This document shows, one piece after another, positions 8,756 to 16,655 of a stretch of DNA of 24,371 nt (position 1 is the first letter of the stretch; each line of letters begins with the position of its first letter). Made by a program: the position numbers and the translations under genes. The DNA lies in contig CAZPQO010000001.1 in the NCBI GenBank assembly GCA_964588745.1, positions 1-24,371 of the forward strand, read 5' to 3'. The notes beneath the pieces were generated by a model. That model saw only the letters and a program-made list of their open reading frames with translations. It was not told the DNA's origin and made no database searches. This stretch comes from an uncultured Methanomassiliicoccales archaeon (GTDB taxonomy: Archaea > Thermoplasmatota > Thermoplasmata > Methanomassiliicoccales > Methanomethylophilaceae).

Positions 8756-9963
8756 GTGTATCCTTCCTTTACAAACAGAATCAACGGCCCTTCGGAATCC
8801 GGGATATCCGGTATTCTTCCCGAACCGTCGGTTATTATCAGTTCCACTCCGTATTCACGGGAAATTTCGATTATGTCTTCCGCATTCAGTTTACTGCAGA
8901 CTTTTCTGTTGACAGGGTCCAACACCGCGACCGCACCGTCGAGAACATTCATTTTTTTGAGAGTTTCGTATGTGCGTTCCACCGAACGTTTTGATATTCC
9001 GGGGTTCCTTTCCTTAACCACCCATCTGTTGTTTTCCCGGTACACTCCGCCCCGGCCTTCCATTCCTTTGAAGGTCGAAAGTCCTTTTTTCAGATCTTCC
9101 GTGGGGGTATCCATGATGCCGCACACGGTCACAGCCATTTCTATGGCATCAAGATATTCGAGAGCAAGATAATCGGAACTCAGGTCCGTTTCGAAACCTT
9201 CGCCGTAATCTGCGCGTATCCTGAGGGATTCGCCGAAACCGGGATTGTTGAGTACTTCGATTCTGTTTCCGTACCCTTCTGTTTTTCCTATGTTGAAAGT
9301 TTTCCAAAAATCTGTTTCGTTGAGAGGAACGACGTTCATGCCGGAAAGAATTTCTTTCTTTCCTTCGGATGCTTTTCTCGTGTCAGCGGCAATCGGATAA
9401 TCTTCCAACAGGTTGGTTATGCATGCGATATCCGCTTTACCGGAACCTCCGAGGGACACTTCGCAGATGAGGATATCATAACCTTCCTTCGGCACCGTCA
9501 GCATATGCGGCGGAGCTATGCTCACCTTTTCTTCATTTGAAAGTCTGCCGTTTTCCCAAAAACCTCTGCCTTTGGAACTGTGAAGAAGCACTTTGTTTCC
9601 TGCAACGGTAAGAATATGAGCCAGTAATCCGCAAAAACCCGTTTTTCCTTTGACGCCGGTAACTTCTATCCTGAATTTGTCGTTCTCCGTGAGTTCGCCC
9701 ACGGCTTGGCTGAAAAACTTCCTTTCGCCGTAAGTTACGCCTTCGAGGAAGCTGTCGGGACAGTGTACCGGCATCAATACAAGGTCGTATTCGCCCGGAG
9801 GCACCTCTTTGTGAACCGAGTATCCTTTATTCCTCAGTCTCAGCAATTCCTCTTCGGGCGTAACCTTGTAGACATCCACACAGGTGACGGAGTCGTCCTC
9901 ATCGGGATAAAGATCCGCGAGGACTCCTCCGCCGTGCACGGTGTCAAGGAGCAGGATTTTCAT
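8752..9963 (-). CDS. cfbE: Coenzyme F430 synthetase (Mur-ligase-like)
   Basis: LDTVHGG N-terminus, EVTGVKGKT P-loop, EVSLGG and NPG motifs. Lies between cfbA and cfbD. Confidence 0.88.
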   Translation of the reverse strand: MKILLLDTVHGGGVLADLYPDEDDSVTCVDVYKVTPEEELLRLRNKGYSVHKEVPPGEYDLVLMPVHCPDSFLEGVTYGERKFFSQAVGELTENDKFRIEVTGVKGKTGFCGLLAHILTVAGNKVLLHSSKGRGFWENGRLSNEEKVSIAPPHMLTVPKEGYDILICEVSLGGSGKADIACITNLLEDYPIAADTRKASEGKKEILSGMNVVPLNETDFWKTFNIGKTEGYGNRIEVLNNPGFGESLRIRADYGEGFETDLSSDYLALEYLDAIEMAVTVCGIMDTPTEDLKKGLSTFKGMEGRGGVYRENNRWVVKERNPGISKRSVERTYETLKKMNVLDGAVAVLDPVNRKVCSKLNAEDIIEISREYGVELIITDGSGRIPDIPDSEGPLILFVKEGYT

Positions 9964-10739
9964 ATTCCGTATTTTTCCAGCCTTTTGGCCAAAACATCCG
10001 CAAGACGGGGTTCTTTGCCTACGGGCATTGCATAGTGGATGTTGATTTCCCTGCCGAAAGCGGTGCTTATGCCTCCGTCACTGTTTGCGGGAATTCCCAG
10101 GGTTTCGGGGACTTCTTCGCCCAGATGGGCGCCGGATGCTATGAACAGGGGAAGAACGGCAACATCGGTGACATCGGTAGCGGCGATTTCCTTCATGACA
10201 TCCTCAATGAAAGGTTCGTTGAATTCATTGAATGCGTGGTAAACGTTGGAATAACCTCTCTCTTTCAACCTGTCGGCGTTGAGCTTGATTATTTCTGCGT
10301 TGTAGGACAGACGGGATCCGTGGCCGACAACCATAATCGCGGCTTTCTTTCCGTTGCAGGATTCCTTGATTCTGTCTTCGAGGATGTCCGTAAGGTTCGG
10401 ATCTTCACCGATGGGTCCTTCGAAGTGTACCGTGACTTCCTTTCCGGCGACAGTGGTTTTTCCGCCTTTGGAGTTTTCGGGTATGTTGAGCTTCTGGGGG
10501 ATGTCCCTTGTGATGTGGAGACCGGATGCAATGAAAAAGGGAATTGCGATTATCTCTTCGATTCCTTCTTTCACCATTTCTTCCAGAACGGTGTCCGCAA
10601 GAGGCATGGTTGTTTCGTTGTACGCGGTCCATACGGGAAGTCCGGTGCGCTCTTTCAATGCATTTGCCTGCTGTTCGACGGCTTCTTTGTTGTGGTTGAA
10701 CCTGGAGCCGTGTCCGATGAATAAAATTCCTCTTTTCAT
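9960..10739 (-). CDS. cfbA: Sirohydrochlorin chelatase, CfbA/CbiX family, tandem two-domain (259 aa)
   Basis: Start re-called to ATG 10739 (MKRGILFIGHGS). Two repeats of GHGSR...NE...P.F(F/I)IASG.H. The upstream part of the 323-aa ORF overlaps cfbC and looks non-coding. Confidence 0.88.
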   Translation of the reverse strand: MKRGILFIGHGSRFNHNKEAVEQQANALKERTGLPVWTAYNETTMPLADTVLEEMVKEGIEEIIAIPFFIASGLHITRDIPQKLNIPENSKGGKTTVAGKEVTVHFEGPIGEDPNLTDILEDRIKESCNGKKAAIMVVGHGSRLSYNAEIIKLNADRLKERGYSNVYHAFNEFNEPFIEDVMKEIAATDVTDVAVLPLFIASGAHLGEEVPETLGIPANSDGGISTAFGREINIHYAMPVGKEPRLADVLAKRLEKYGI

Positions 10740-10753
10740 GTTATCTTCTCTGT

Positions 10754-11530
10754 TTACTTCATTAATCGCATTCCGCCTTCGGAATCTTCCGAACGTCGAA
10801 TCATTTCCTCTGCGAGTGATTTGAAATTCTCTGCCATCACGGAGTCGGGAGCGTGCCTTACCACCGTGGTTCCGGCCGCTTCCGCGTCCTGAACCGCTTG
10901 GTCTCTGGGCAACCGGTAAACAACATCGCAACCCATTTCCCTCGCGGCATCGTCAACGATTCTGTTTTCATCGTCAATGCCTCTGGAATTCTGGATTATG
11001 CCTCCGAACACCGCATAACCGTCCCCGGCAAAGCCGTCCACGGCCTGACGGATGTTGTCCGCGGCGTACAGCGACATCATCTCTCCCGATGTGACCACAA
11101 AAACTTCTTTGGCGTATCCGTTGCGGATAGGCATTGCAAACCCTCCGCATACGACGTCACCCAAGACATCATAGATTATCACATCGGGTTTGACAATGTC
11201 GATTGCCCCCAAGTCTTCCAGTTGATCGAAGGCCGCGATAATTCCGCGGCCGGCGCAACCCGTGCCCGGTTTAGGACCTCCGCATTCGACACAGAACACA
11301 TTGTGTCCCGTATCATGAATAACGTCGTCCAAAGACACGTTGCCTTCCTTCATTCTGTCAAGAACTGTATCGGGTGCTTTGCCGCCCATCAAAAGTTTGG
11401 TGGAGTCGGCTTTGGGGTCGCATCCGATCTGAAGAACCCGGAAGCCCATATCGGCCAATGCATCGCTTATGTTCGAAGAGACGGTGGATTTACCTATTCC
11501 GCCCTTCCCGTAAATGGCAATTCTTCTCAA
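10754..11530 (-). CDS. cfbC: Ni-sirohydrochlorin a,c-diamide reductive cyclase, ATP-dependent reductase subunit (NifH-like)
   Basis: [34 protein letters not shown] and [14 protein letters not shown]. Start re-called to TTG 11530 with GGTGA RBS. Heads the cfb operon, and no nifDK lies nearby. Confidence 0.9.
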   Translation of the reverse strand: MRRIAIYGKGGIGKSTVSSNISDALADMGFRVLQIGCDPKADSTKLLMGGKAPDTVLDRMKEGNVSLDDVIHDTGHNVFCVECGGPKPGTGCAGRGIIAAFDQLEDLGAIDIVKPDVIIYDVLGDVVCGGFAMPIRNGYAKEVFVVTSGEMMSLYAADNIRQAVDGFAGDGYAVFGGIIQNSRGIDDENRIVDDAAREMGCDVVYRLPRDQAVQDAEAAGTTVVRHAPDSVMAENFKSLAEEMIRRSEDSEGGMRLMK

Positions 11531-11584
11531 TAATTCACCAATAGAGTCATACTTAATAATACTTTCAACTTCGTTCGTGCTAAA

Positions 11585-11600
11585 TGGATGGTACATCCAA
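11585..11600. promoter_or_regulatory. Putative operator dyad upstream of the cfb operon (TGGATG-GTA-CATCCA)
   Basis: Perfect 6-3-6 inverted repeat. 14 of 16 bases are identical to the dyad at 16556-16571. It lies 55 nt upstream of the cfbC start. Confidence 0.65.
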
Positions 11601-11638
11601 TGCACTGCGCACTACTCCGATTGATTAAAAGATTGTGT

Positions 11639-12361
11639 TCAAAGGTCCAATATTCTGTATAATTCGGCCCTTTCGGATTTGGAAATATTGCGGTATTTGC
11701 CGACTCCCATGTCTCCGAGTTCAAGATTGAGGACTCTGACCCTCTTGATCGTCAGCGCGGTGTAATCCAATTCCCCGCACATTCTTCTGATTTGACGGTT
11801 GATGCCCTGTTTGAGAATGATTCTGAATTCACGGTCACCGGTCTGTATGATTTCGCATTTCCTTGTGACGACCGAACCGCCCATAATCGGAACTCCCCTT
11901 GACATTTCTTTGATGAATTTTTCCGTGATATCGCGGTCGACGGTGACAATGTATTCTTTGTCGTGGCCGTTGCTTGAATGCATTATTTTTTCCGCGAGGA
12001 AACCGTTGTTGGTCATCAGCAACAGACCTTCGGACTCTTTGTCCAAACGTCCGACGGAATAAATCCTCTTTGAGAATCCGATATAATCGATTACGTTATC
12101 GGGATCTTCGGGGTTGGACGTGCAGGTTATTCCCCTGGGTTTGTAAAACAAAAGAACAATGTCTTCCTCTTCGGGAGATACGACGTTTCCGTCCACACGG
12201 ACAACGTTTCCGGAAAATACTTTGTCGCCCAAAACGGCTTTCATTCCGTCAATGGTTACTCTGCCTTCCTCTATGATTTTGTCTGCGCCGCGTCTTGAAG
12301 AGACGCCGGAATCGCCGAGATATTTGTTAAGTCTGACGCCTTTGTTTTCGGAAGGTACCAT
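11639..12361 (-). CDS. rluF: RsuA/RluF-family rRNA pseudouridine synthase
   Basis: S4 domain (RLNKYLGDSGVSSRRGADKIIEEGRVTIDG), KPRGITCT, GRLDKESEGLLLMTN (catalytic Asp), KEYIV and QGINRQIRRMC. Subfamily assignment is by recalled similarity only. Confidence 0.85.
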   Translation of the reverse strand: MVPSENKGVRLNKYLGDSGVSSRRGADKIIEEGRVTIDGMKAVLGDKVFSGNVVRVDGNVVSPEEEDIVLLFYKPRGITCTSNPEDPDNVIDYIGFSKRIYSVGRLDKESEGLLLMTNNGFLAEKIMHSSNGHDKEYIVTVDRDITEKFIKEMSRGVPIMGGSVVTRKCEIIQTGDREFRIILKQGINRQIRRMCGELDYTALTIKRVRVLNLELGDMGVGKYRNISKSERAELYRILDL

Positions 12362-12380
12362 GAGCGTTCATTAAAGGTAT

Positions 12381-12390
12381 ATTATATAAT
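12381..12390. promoter_or_regulatory. Palindromic TATA-like element shared by the divergent rluF and pirin genes
   Basis: ATTATATAAT is a perfect palindrome within the short divergent gap, about 25 nt from the rluF ATG. Confidence 0.5.
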
Positions 12391-12438
12391 GATGTGCAAC
12401 AGGAGAGGTATTTTAATCAAACCGCATATCCTGCCGAT

Positions 12439-13524
12439 ATGTGGCCGTTCAGTAAAAGGGCTAAAGGCGCCGTTCTGAAATATGTGGACTTCGACATTCA
12501 CTGGGATACCGAAGACCCTTTCATTTTCGTATCCCATCACAGGGACAACTACCCTAAAGGGAATTCTCAGCAGGCCCCTCCTTACGATATGATTGCCTGG
12601 AGGGATTTGGGCCACGATTACAAAAAACACAACGGATTCCGGATGTACAAAGGGAAAGTCGTTCCGGGTTTCCCGATGCATGCCCATTGGGGGTATGAAA
12701 CCTTCACTCTCGCCGAAGAAGGATATGTGGATACTTTCGATTCCGAAGGCAATCAGTCACGGTTCGGCTTCGGAGATGCCCAGTGGGTCACGGCTTCAAG
12801 CAAATACCAACACAACGAGATGTATCCATTGGTGTTTCAGGACCGCCCGAACCCCAACAACATTACCCAGATTATGATTAACCTTCCACTGGAAATGAAG
12901 GGGTCTTTAAATAGGGTCCATATGCTCTGGTCGGATAGTATAAAAACAAGAAGATTTACCGACGGTTCCGGAAAGAATACCGAGGTCATCCTGTATGCGG
13001 GAACGTATGAGAATATGACCGTAGAGGTACCTAATCCGGATTCCTGGACGGCGGATCCCGGGAACGGGGTCAAGATCCTTCAGATAAAAATGGAAGAGGG
13101 CGCGGAATACGTTCTGAAAGCAGATTCGCCTGAGATAAATCGAAATCTGTATTTCGTTTCCGGAAGCCATGCGGATGTCAACGGTTTCGCCGCGGATGCG
13201 GGATACAGAATGAAACTCACATCCGATGCCGACGTTATAATCAGAAACGGAGATGTTCCGTCTAAGTTCTGGCTGTTGGACGGCAAGCCGATAAAACAAA
13301 AGATGTCTTCTTTCGGCCCCGTGGTTCTTGAAAATGACAAAGCCGTCAGAGCCGCAATGAACAACATCAGAGAACAAGAGTTTGAAATCTGGCCCTGGAA
13401 CGTTATCGACAAGGTGCAGGCGATTGAAGCACCGAGATTCATAAGATACGCCGACGGAAGGGAAGAATATCCGGACGGAAAGCCCGAGGGGTTCGAACCC
13501 GCCGAATTGAGACGGAATGAATGA
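12439..13524 (+). CDS. Pirin-family bicupin protein (long form)
   Basis: DPFIFVSHH, GFPMHAHWGYETFT, FGDAQWVTA, QHNEMYP and NLP, plus a C-terminal pirin-C region (GKPIKQKMSSFGPVVL). ATG 12439 is chosen because GTG 12394 sits just after the TATA-like box; the start is uncertain. Confidence 0.85.
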   Translation: MWPFSKRAKGAVLKYVDFDIHWDTEDPFIFVSHHRDNYPKGNSQQAPPYDMIAWRDLGHDYKKHNGFRMYKGKVVPGFPMHAHWGYETFTLAEEGYVDTFDSEGNQSRFGFGDAQWVTASSKYQHNEMYPLVFQDRPNPNNITQIMINLPLEMKGSLNRVHMLWSDSIKTRRFTDGSGKNTEVILYAGTYENMTVEVPNPDSWTADPGNGVKILQIKMEEGAEYVLKADSPEINRNLYFVSGSHADVNGFAADAGYRMKLTSDADVIIRNGDVPSKFWLLDGKPIKQKMSSFGPVVLENDKAVRAAMNNIREQEFEIWPWNVIDKVQAIEAPRFIRYADGREEYPDGKPEGFEPAELRRNE

Positions 13525-13627
13525 GTCTTCGATTACCGTCTGTTTTTGCGATGTTGCCGTGATTTGTCTGATAAATTTTATCAATGACTGTTCGGACCGC
13601 AACCACAGGGTGTAAAAATAATCTGAT

Positions 13628-13648
13628 TCCGTGCCCTTGGGACACGGA
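13628..13648 (-). terminator. Hairpin just downstream of cbiC, possible terminator of cbiLFHC
   Basis: On the minus strand, TCCGTGTCC-CAA-GGGCACGGA forms a 9-bp stem with one G-U pair. It is flanked by T5 tracts and lies 15 nt after the cbiC stop. Confidence 0.5.
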
Positions 13649-13663
13649 TTCGGATAAAAAGGT

Positions 13664-14293
13664 TCAGAATTCGTCTTTGTTGTAAATCATCGCGTTGCAG
13701 ATTGCGGCGGCAATGTTCGATCCGCCCTTTCTGCCTTTGGCGACGATGTACGGAACATCGGAATCCATAATCTGTTCTTTCGATTCGATTACGTTGACGA
13801 ATCCGACGGGAACGCCGATTATCAATGCCGGTTCGAGTTTGCCTTCATCGATGAGTTCCTTCAGCCTTATCAGCGCAGTGGGAGCGTTTCCTATGGCAAA
13901 GATATTCCTGCCTTTCAACGCCGCGCCCCGTTCCATTGAAACCTTTGCGCGGGTGCAGCCTCTGGCTTTGGCTTCTTCGATTACGGATTCGTCGCCGATG
14001 AAACAATGAGCTTCTCCTCCGAAAGAGGCAAGACGGTCTTTGTTCACACCGGAATAGGCCATTCTTGTGTCAGTTATGATGTTTGCGCCGGAACGTATCG
14101 CCTCAATTCCGATTCGCACGGCATCTTCGGAGAATTCCAGATTGTCCGCGTAATCGAAATCCGCTGAAGTGTGAATACATCTTTTGATTACGGAAAACTC
14201 GGGTTCCGGCCATTTCCTTCCACCCAGTTCGCTTTCTATGATCTCCATGCTGCGTTTTTCGATATCTGCAGGTTTCACATTGAGAATTTTCAT
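13664..14293 (-). CDS. cbiC: Cobalt-precorrin-8 methylmutase
   Basis: IEKRSMEII, RCIHTSADF, IGNAPTAL, IGVPVGFVNV and GRKGGSNIAAAICNA. Confidence 0.95.
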   Translation of the reverse strand: MKILNVKPADIEKRSMEIIESELGGRKWPEPEFSVIKRCIHTSADFDYADNLEFSEDAVRIGIEAIRSGANIITDTRMAYSGVNKDRLASFGGEAHCFIGDESVIEEAKARGCTRAKVSMERGAALKGRNIFAIGNAPTALIRLKELIDEGKLEPALIIGVPVGFVNVIESKEQIMDSDVPYIVAKGRKGGSNIAAAICNAMIYNKDEF

Positions 14294-15030
14294 TGTTCGA
14301 CCTCATATCCTCTGGGCGTGATCATTTTCCCATTCGAAACATAGGTCTGAGAATTGCCTACGATTACAATGGAGAACATATCCACATCGTCGTAAGGAAT
14401 GTTGCCCAGCGTTGCAAGGATTGTGCTTTCTTCCTCTCTCCGTGCGTTTCTCACAATACCCACCGGAGTTTCGGAGGATCTGTATTTGAGCAGAATCTCC
14501 ACGGCCTCGGGAAGATGCTGAACTCTTTTCTTGCTTTTGGGATTGTAAAGACAGACAATCATATCTCCGACGCCGGCGCTGTCGATGCGTTTCATTATCA
14601 GATCATAAGGAGTCATCAAATCGGAAAGACTGATGATTGCCAGATCGTGCATCAGAGGCGCCCCGAGTATGGATGCCGCCGCGGAAGCCGCGGTGACTCC
14701 GGGAACCACGTCCACTTCTATGTCCGCATTCATTTCGTCAACGAGTTGGTATATGATTCCCGCCATTCCGTAAATTCCGGAATCTCCGCTGCTGACCATC
14801 GCCACGTTCAATCCGGTGGATGCGTCCTCTATTGCCGAACGGCATCTTTCCACTTCTCTCATCATACCTGTGGCTTTGTATTCTTTCTCGGGAAAGTATT
14901 CTTTCAGAATATCCACGTAGGTTGTGTAACCTGTAACGATGTCCGCGGCTTCGATTGCGTTCACGGCTCTCAGAGTCATGTCTTCTTTGGAACCGGGGCC
15001 GAATCCGACCACGGTAAGTTTGCCGGACAT
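14290..15030 (-). CDS. cbiH: Cobalt-factor III C17-methyltransferase
   Basis: VVGFGPGS..DMT, GYTTY, GMMREVERC, SSGDSGIYGMAG, HDLAIISLSDLMTP and LYNPKSKKR. Confidence 0.94.
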   Translation of the reverse strand: MSGKLTVVGFGPGSKEDMTLRAVNAIEAADIVTGYTTYVDILKEYFPEKEYKATGMMREVERCRSAIEDASTGLNVAMVSSGDSGIYGMAGIIYQLVDEMNADIEVDVVPGVTAASAAASILGAPLMHDLAIISLSDLMTPYDLIMKRIDSAGVGDMIVCLYNPKSKKRVQHLPEAVEILLKYRSSETPVGIVRNARREEESTILATLGNIPYDDVDMFSIVIVGNSQTYVSNGKMITPRGYEVEQ

Positions 15031-15789
15031 TCACTCCACCGTCCCTTTGCGGTATTCGGTTGTGAATGCTTTGTCATAAAGTTTGGATAAGCTGTACTCG
15101 TCTCCGAGGAAATCACCGACAACCGTCAGTGCAGTCTTGGTTATCCCTGCTTCCTTCACTTTGGAAGATATGTTCTTCAGAGTGCCCGTGACAATCTCCT
15201 GTTCGGGCCAACTTGCCTTGTAAACGACTGCGACGGGAGTGTTTTCTTCGTATCCTCCTTCGATCAGCTGTTCGGTCAGTTCGTCCATGAATCCCACACT
15301 GAGGAAAATAACCATGGTCGCATGGTGGGATGCCAGTTCCGCAATGCTTTCCCCTTCGGGCATGGGTGTCCTTCCTTCCATTCTTGTGAATATGACGGTT
15401 TGACTGACATCGGGAAGGGTGTATTCCTTCTTCAGTGCAGCGGCAGTCGCAAAGGCGGAACTTACTCCGGGGATGACTTTGCTTTCAATCCCCATTTCGT
15501 CCAATCTGTCGATCTGTTCCCTTATGGCACCGTAAATGGACGGGTCCCCGGTGTGAACGCGTGCGGTGTTCAGTCCCTCGGACTCGGCGTTCTTCATAAC
15601 TTCAAGAACTTCGTCCAGATTCATTTCCGCACTGTTATAGATCTTTGCGGTCTTTTTGGCGTCGCTTAATACAGCAGGATTCACCAACGAACCGGCGTAA
15701 ATTATCACTTCCGCCGAATCTATCGCTCTTTTTCCTTTGATTGTCAATAATTCCGGATCTCCCGGGCCGGCGCCGACGAATGTTATCAT
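15031..15789 (-). CDS. cbiF: Cobalt-precorrin-4 C11-methyltransferase
   Basis: FVGAGPGDPELLT, YAGSLVN, RVHTGDPSIYGAIREQ and LPDVSQTVIFTR. Confidence 0.95.
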   Translation of the reverse strand: MITFVGAGPGDPELLTIKGKRAIDSAEVIIYAGSLVNPAVLSDAKKTAKIYNSAEMNLDEVLEVMKNAESEGLNTARVHTGDPSIYGAIREQIDRLDEMGIESKVIPGVSSAFATAAALKKEYTLPDVSQTVIFTRMEGRTPMPEGESIAELASHHATMVIFLSVGFMDELTEQLIEGGYEENTPVAVVYKASWPEQEIVTGTLKNISSKVKEAGITKTALTVVGDFLGDEYSLSKLYDKAFTTEYRKGTVE

Positions 15790-16502
15790 TTTGAATCCTC
15801 GCTTTTATTTTTCTTCACTATGACTGTGGTGAAATATCCGTATTCGCGGTCAACATCGATGGGTCCGATGTATTCTCCGTCCATGCCGATGTTGCTGATG
15901 ACGGTCCCGTTCTCCAAAGGTATTCCGTTCTTTTTCATCATGTCCGCGAGAACCTGCATGGAATCCCAGGCCTTCATCACGACAAGATTGTCGGAAGAAG
16001 CCAGAAAGGAATCCAATCTGCCGTTGTTCTTCTTGGCCATGGGAATCACGGTAAGGTCTTCGTCACCTATCATCAAGGGTATTCTCGCTTCGGCGGCACC
16101 GCCGCAGAAGGATGTGATTCCGGGAATTACTTCTGTCTCGTATCCCAGATTTCTGATCTCCTCGTCAACGTACATGTAAGTGCTGTAAACTCCCACATCC
16201 CCGAGGGAAACCATTGCCACGTCGGAACCGGAATCCAAAACTTCCGTCAGTTCTTTGATGGCTTCGGATCTGCAGGCTTCCCTGACTTTATCGTCGGGAT
16301 TCATGCTGAACAGAAGTTCCAGAATTTTCTTTCCGGACAGGTCGGTTGCTTTCCCTGCTATGTCCAAAGCCGTACTGTCCTCTCCCCGTTTGTGAACAGG
16401 GTAAGCGATCACCGCGGATCGATCAATCAATTCTTTGGCTTTGATTGTGAGAAGTCCCGGGTCTCCGGGGCCCACACTTACGCCATATAATTTTCCTGCC
16501 AT
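15786..16502 (-). CDS. cbiL: Cobalt-precorrin-2 (factor II) C20-methyltransferase
   Basis: LYGVSVGPGDPGLLTIKA, SLGDVGVYSTY, IPGITSF, VVMKA and YFTTVIV. AGGTGA RBS. Confidence 0.92.
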   Translation of the reverse strand: MAGKLYGVSVGPGDPGLLTIKAKELIDRSAVIAYPVHKRGEDSTALDIAGKATDLSGKKILELLFSMNPDDKVREACRSEAIKELTEVLDSGSDVAMVSLGDVGVYSTYMYVDEEIRNLGYETEVIPGITSFCGGAAEARIPLMIGDEDLTVIPMAKKNNGRLDSFLASSDNLVVMKAWDSMQVLADMMKKNGIPLENGTVISNIGMDGEYIGPIDVDREYGYFTTVIVKKNKSEDSK

Positions 16503-16552
16503 CGGATTTCACCTAATCTTATGATTCACCGTACATGCTATACGTTTATTTA

Positions 16553-16573
16553 AGTTGGATAGTATATCCAACT
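16553..16573. promoter_or_regulatory. Putative operator dyad in the cbiL/cbiD divergent region (AGTTGGATA-GTA-TATCCAACT)
   Basis: Perfect 9-3-9 inverted repeat abutting the TATA-like TTTATTTAA (16545-16553). Its core matches the cfb dyad and lies 54 nt upstream of the cbiL start. Confidence 0.7.
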
Positions 16574-16655
16574 GTAATTATCCGATAAGTGTTATAGCAT
16601 GGATAATTCCTCCAATTTAAGGGCTGAGTCAATGTCCGGAACCGAAAAAGACGAG

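Noticed and set aside
10740-10931. 64-aa N-terminal extension of CfbA in the ORF track
   Set aside because: It overlaps the cfbC 3' end, and family similarity starts only at MKRGILFIGHGS (10739).
10754-11530. NifH-like gene as evidence of nitrogen fixation
   Set aside because: No nifD/K/E/N/B is present, and the context with cfbA/E/D/B identifies it as CfbC.
11547-11562. TCATAC and TAATAC half-sites near the cfbC promoter as a NikR operator
   Set aside because: No matching inverted half-site exists at the 16-nt spacing on either strand.
13569-13583. 7-1-7 dyad TGATAAA-T-TTTATCA resembling a Fur box
   Set aside because: It lies between two convergent 3' ends with no downstream start. More likely a chance AT-rich dyad or part of termination.
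16503-16655. Cobalamin riboswitch ahead of the cbi operons
   Set aside because: The region is too short and AT-rich, and no B12-box or stem architecture is visible.
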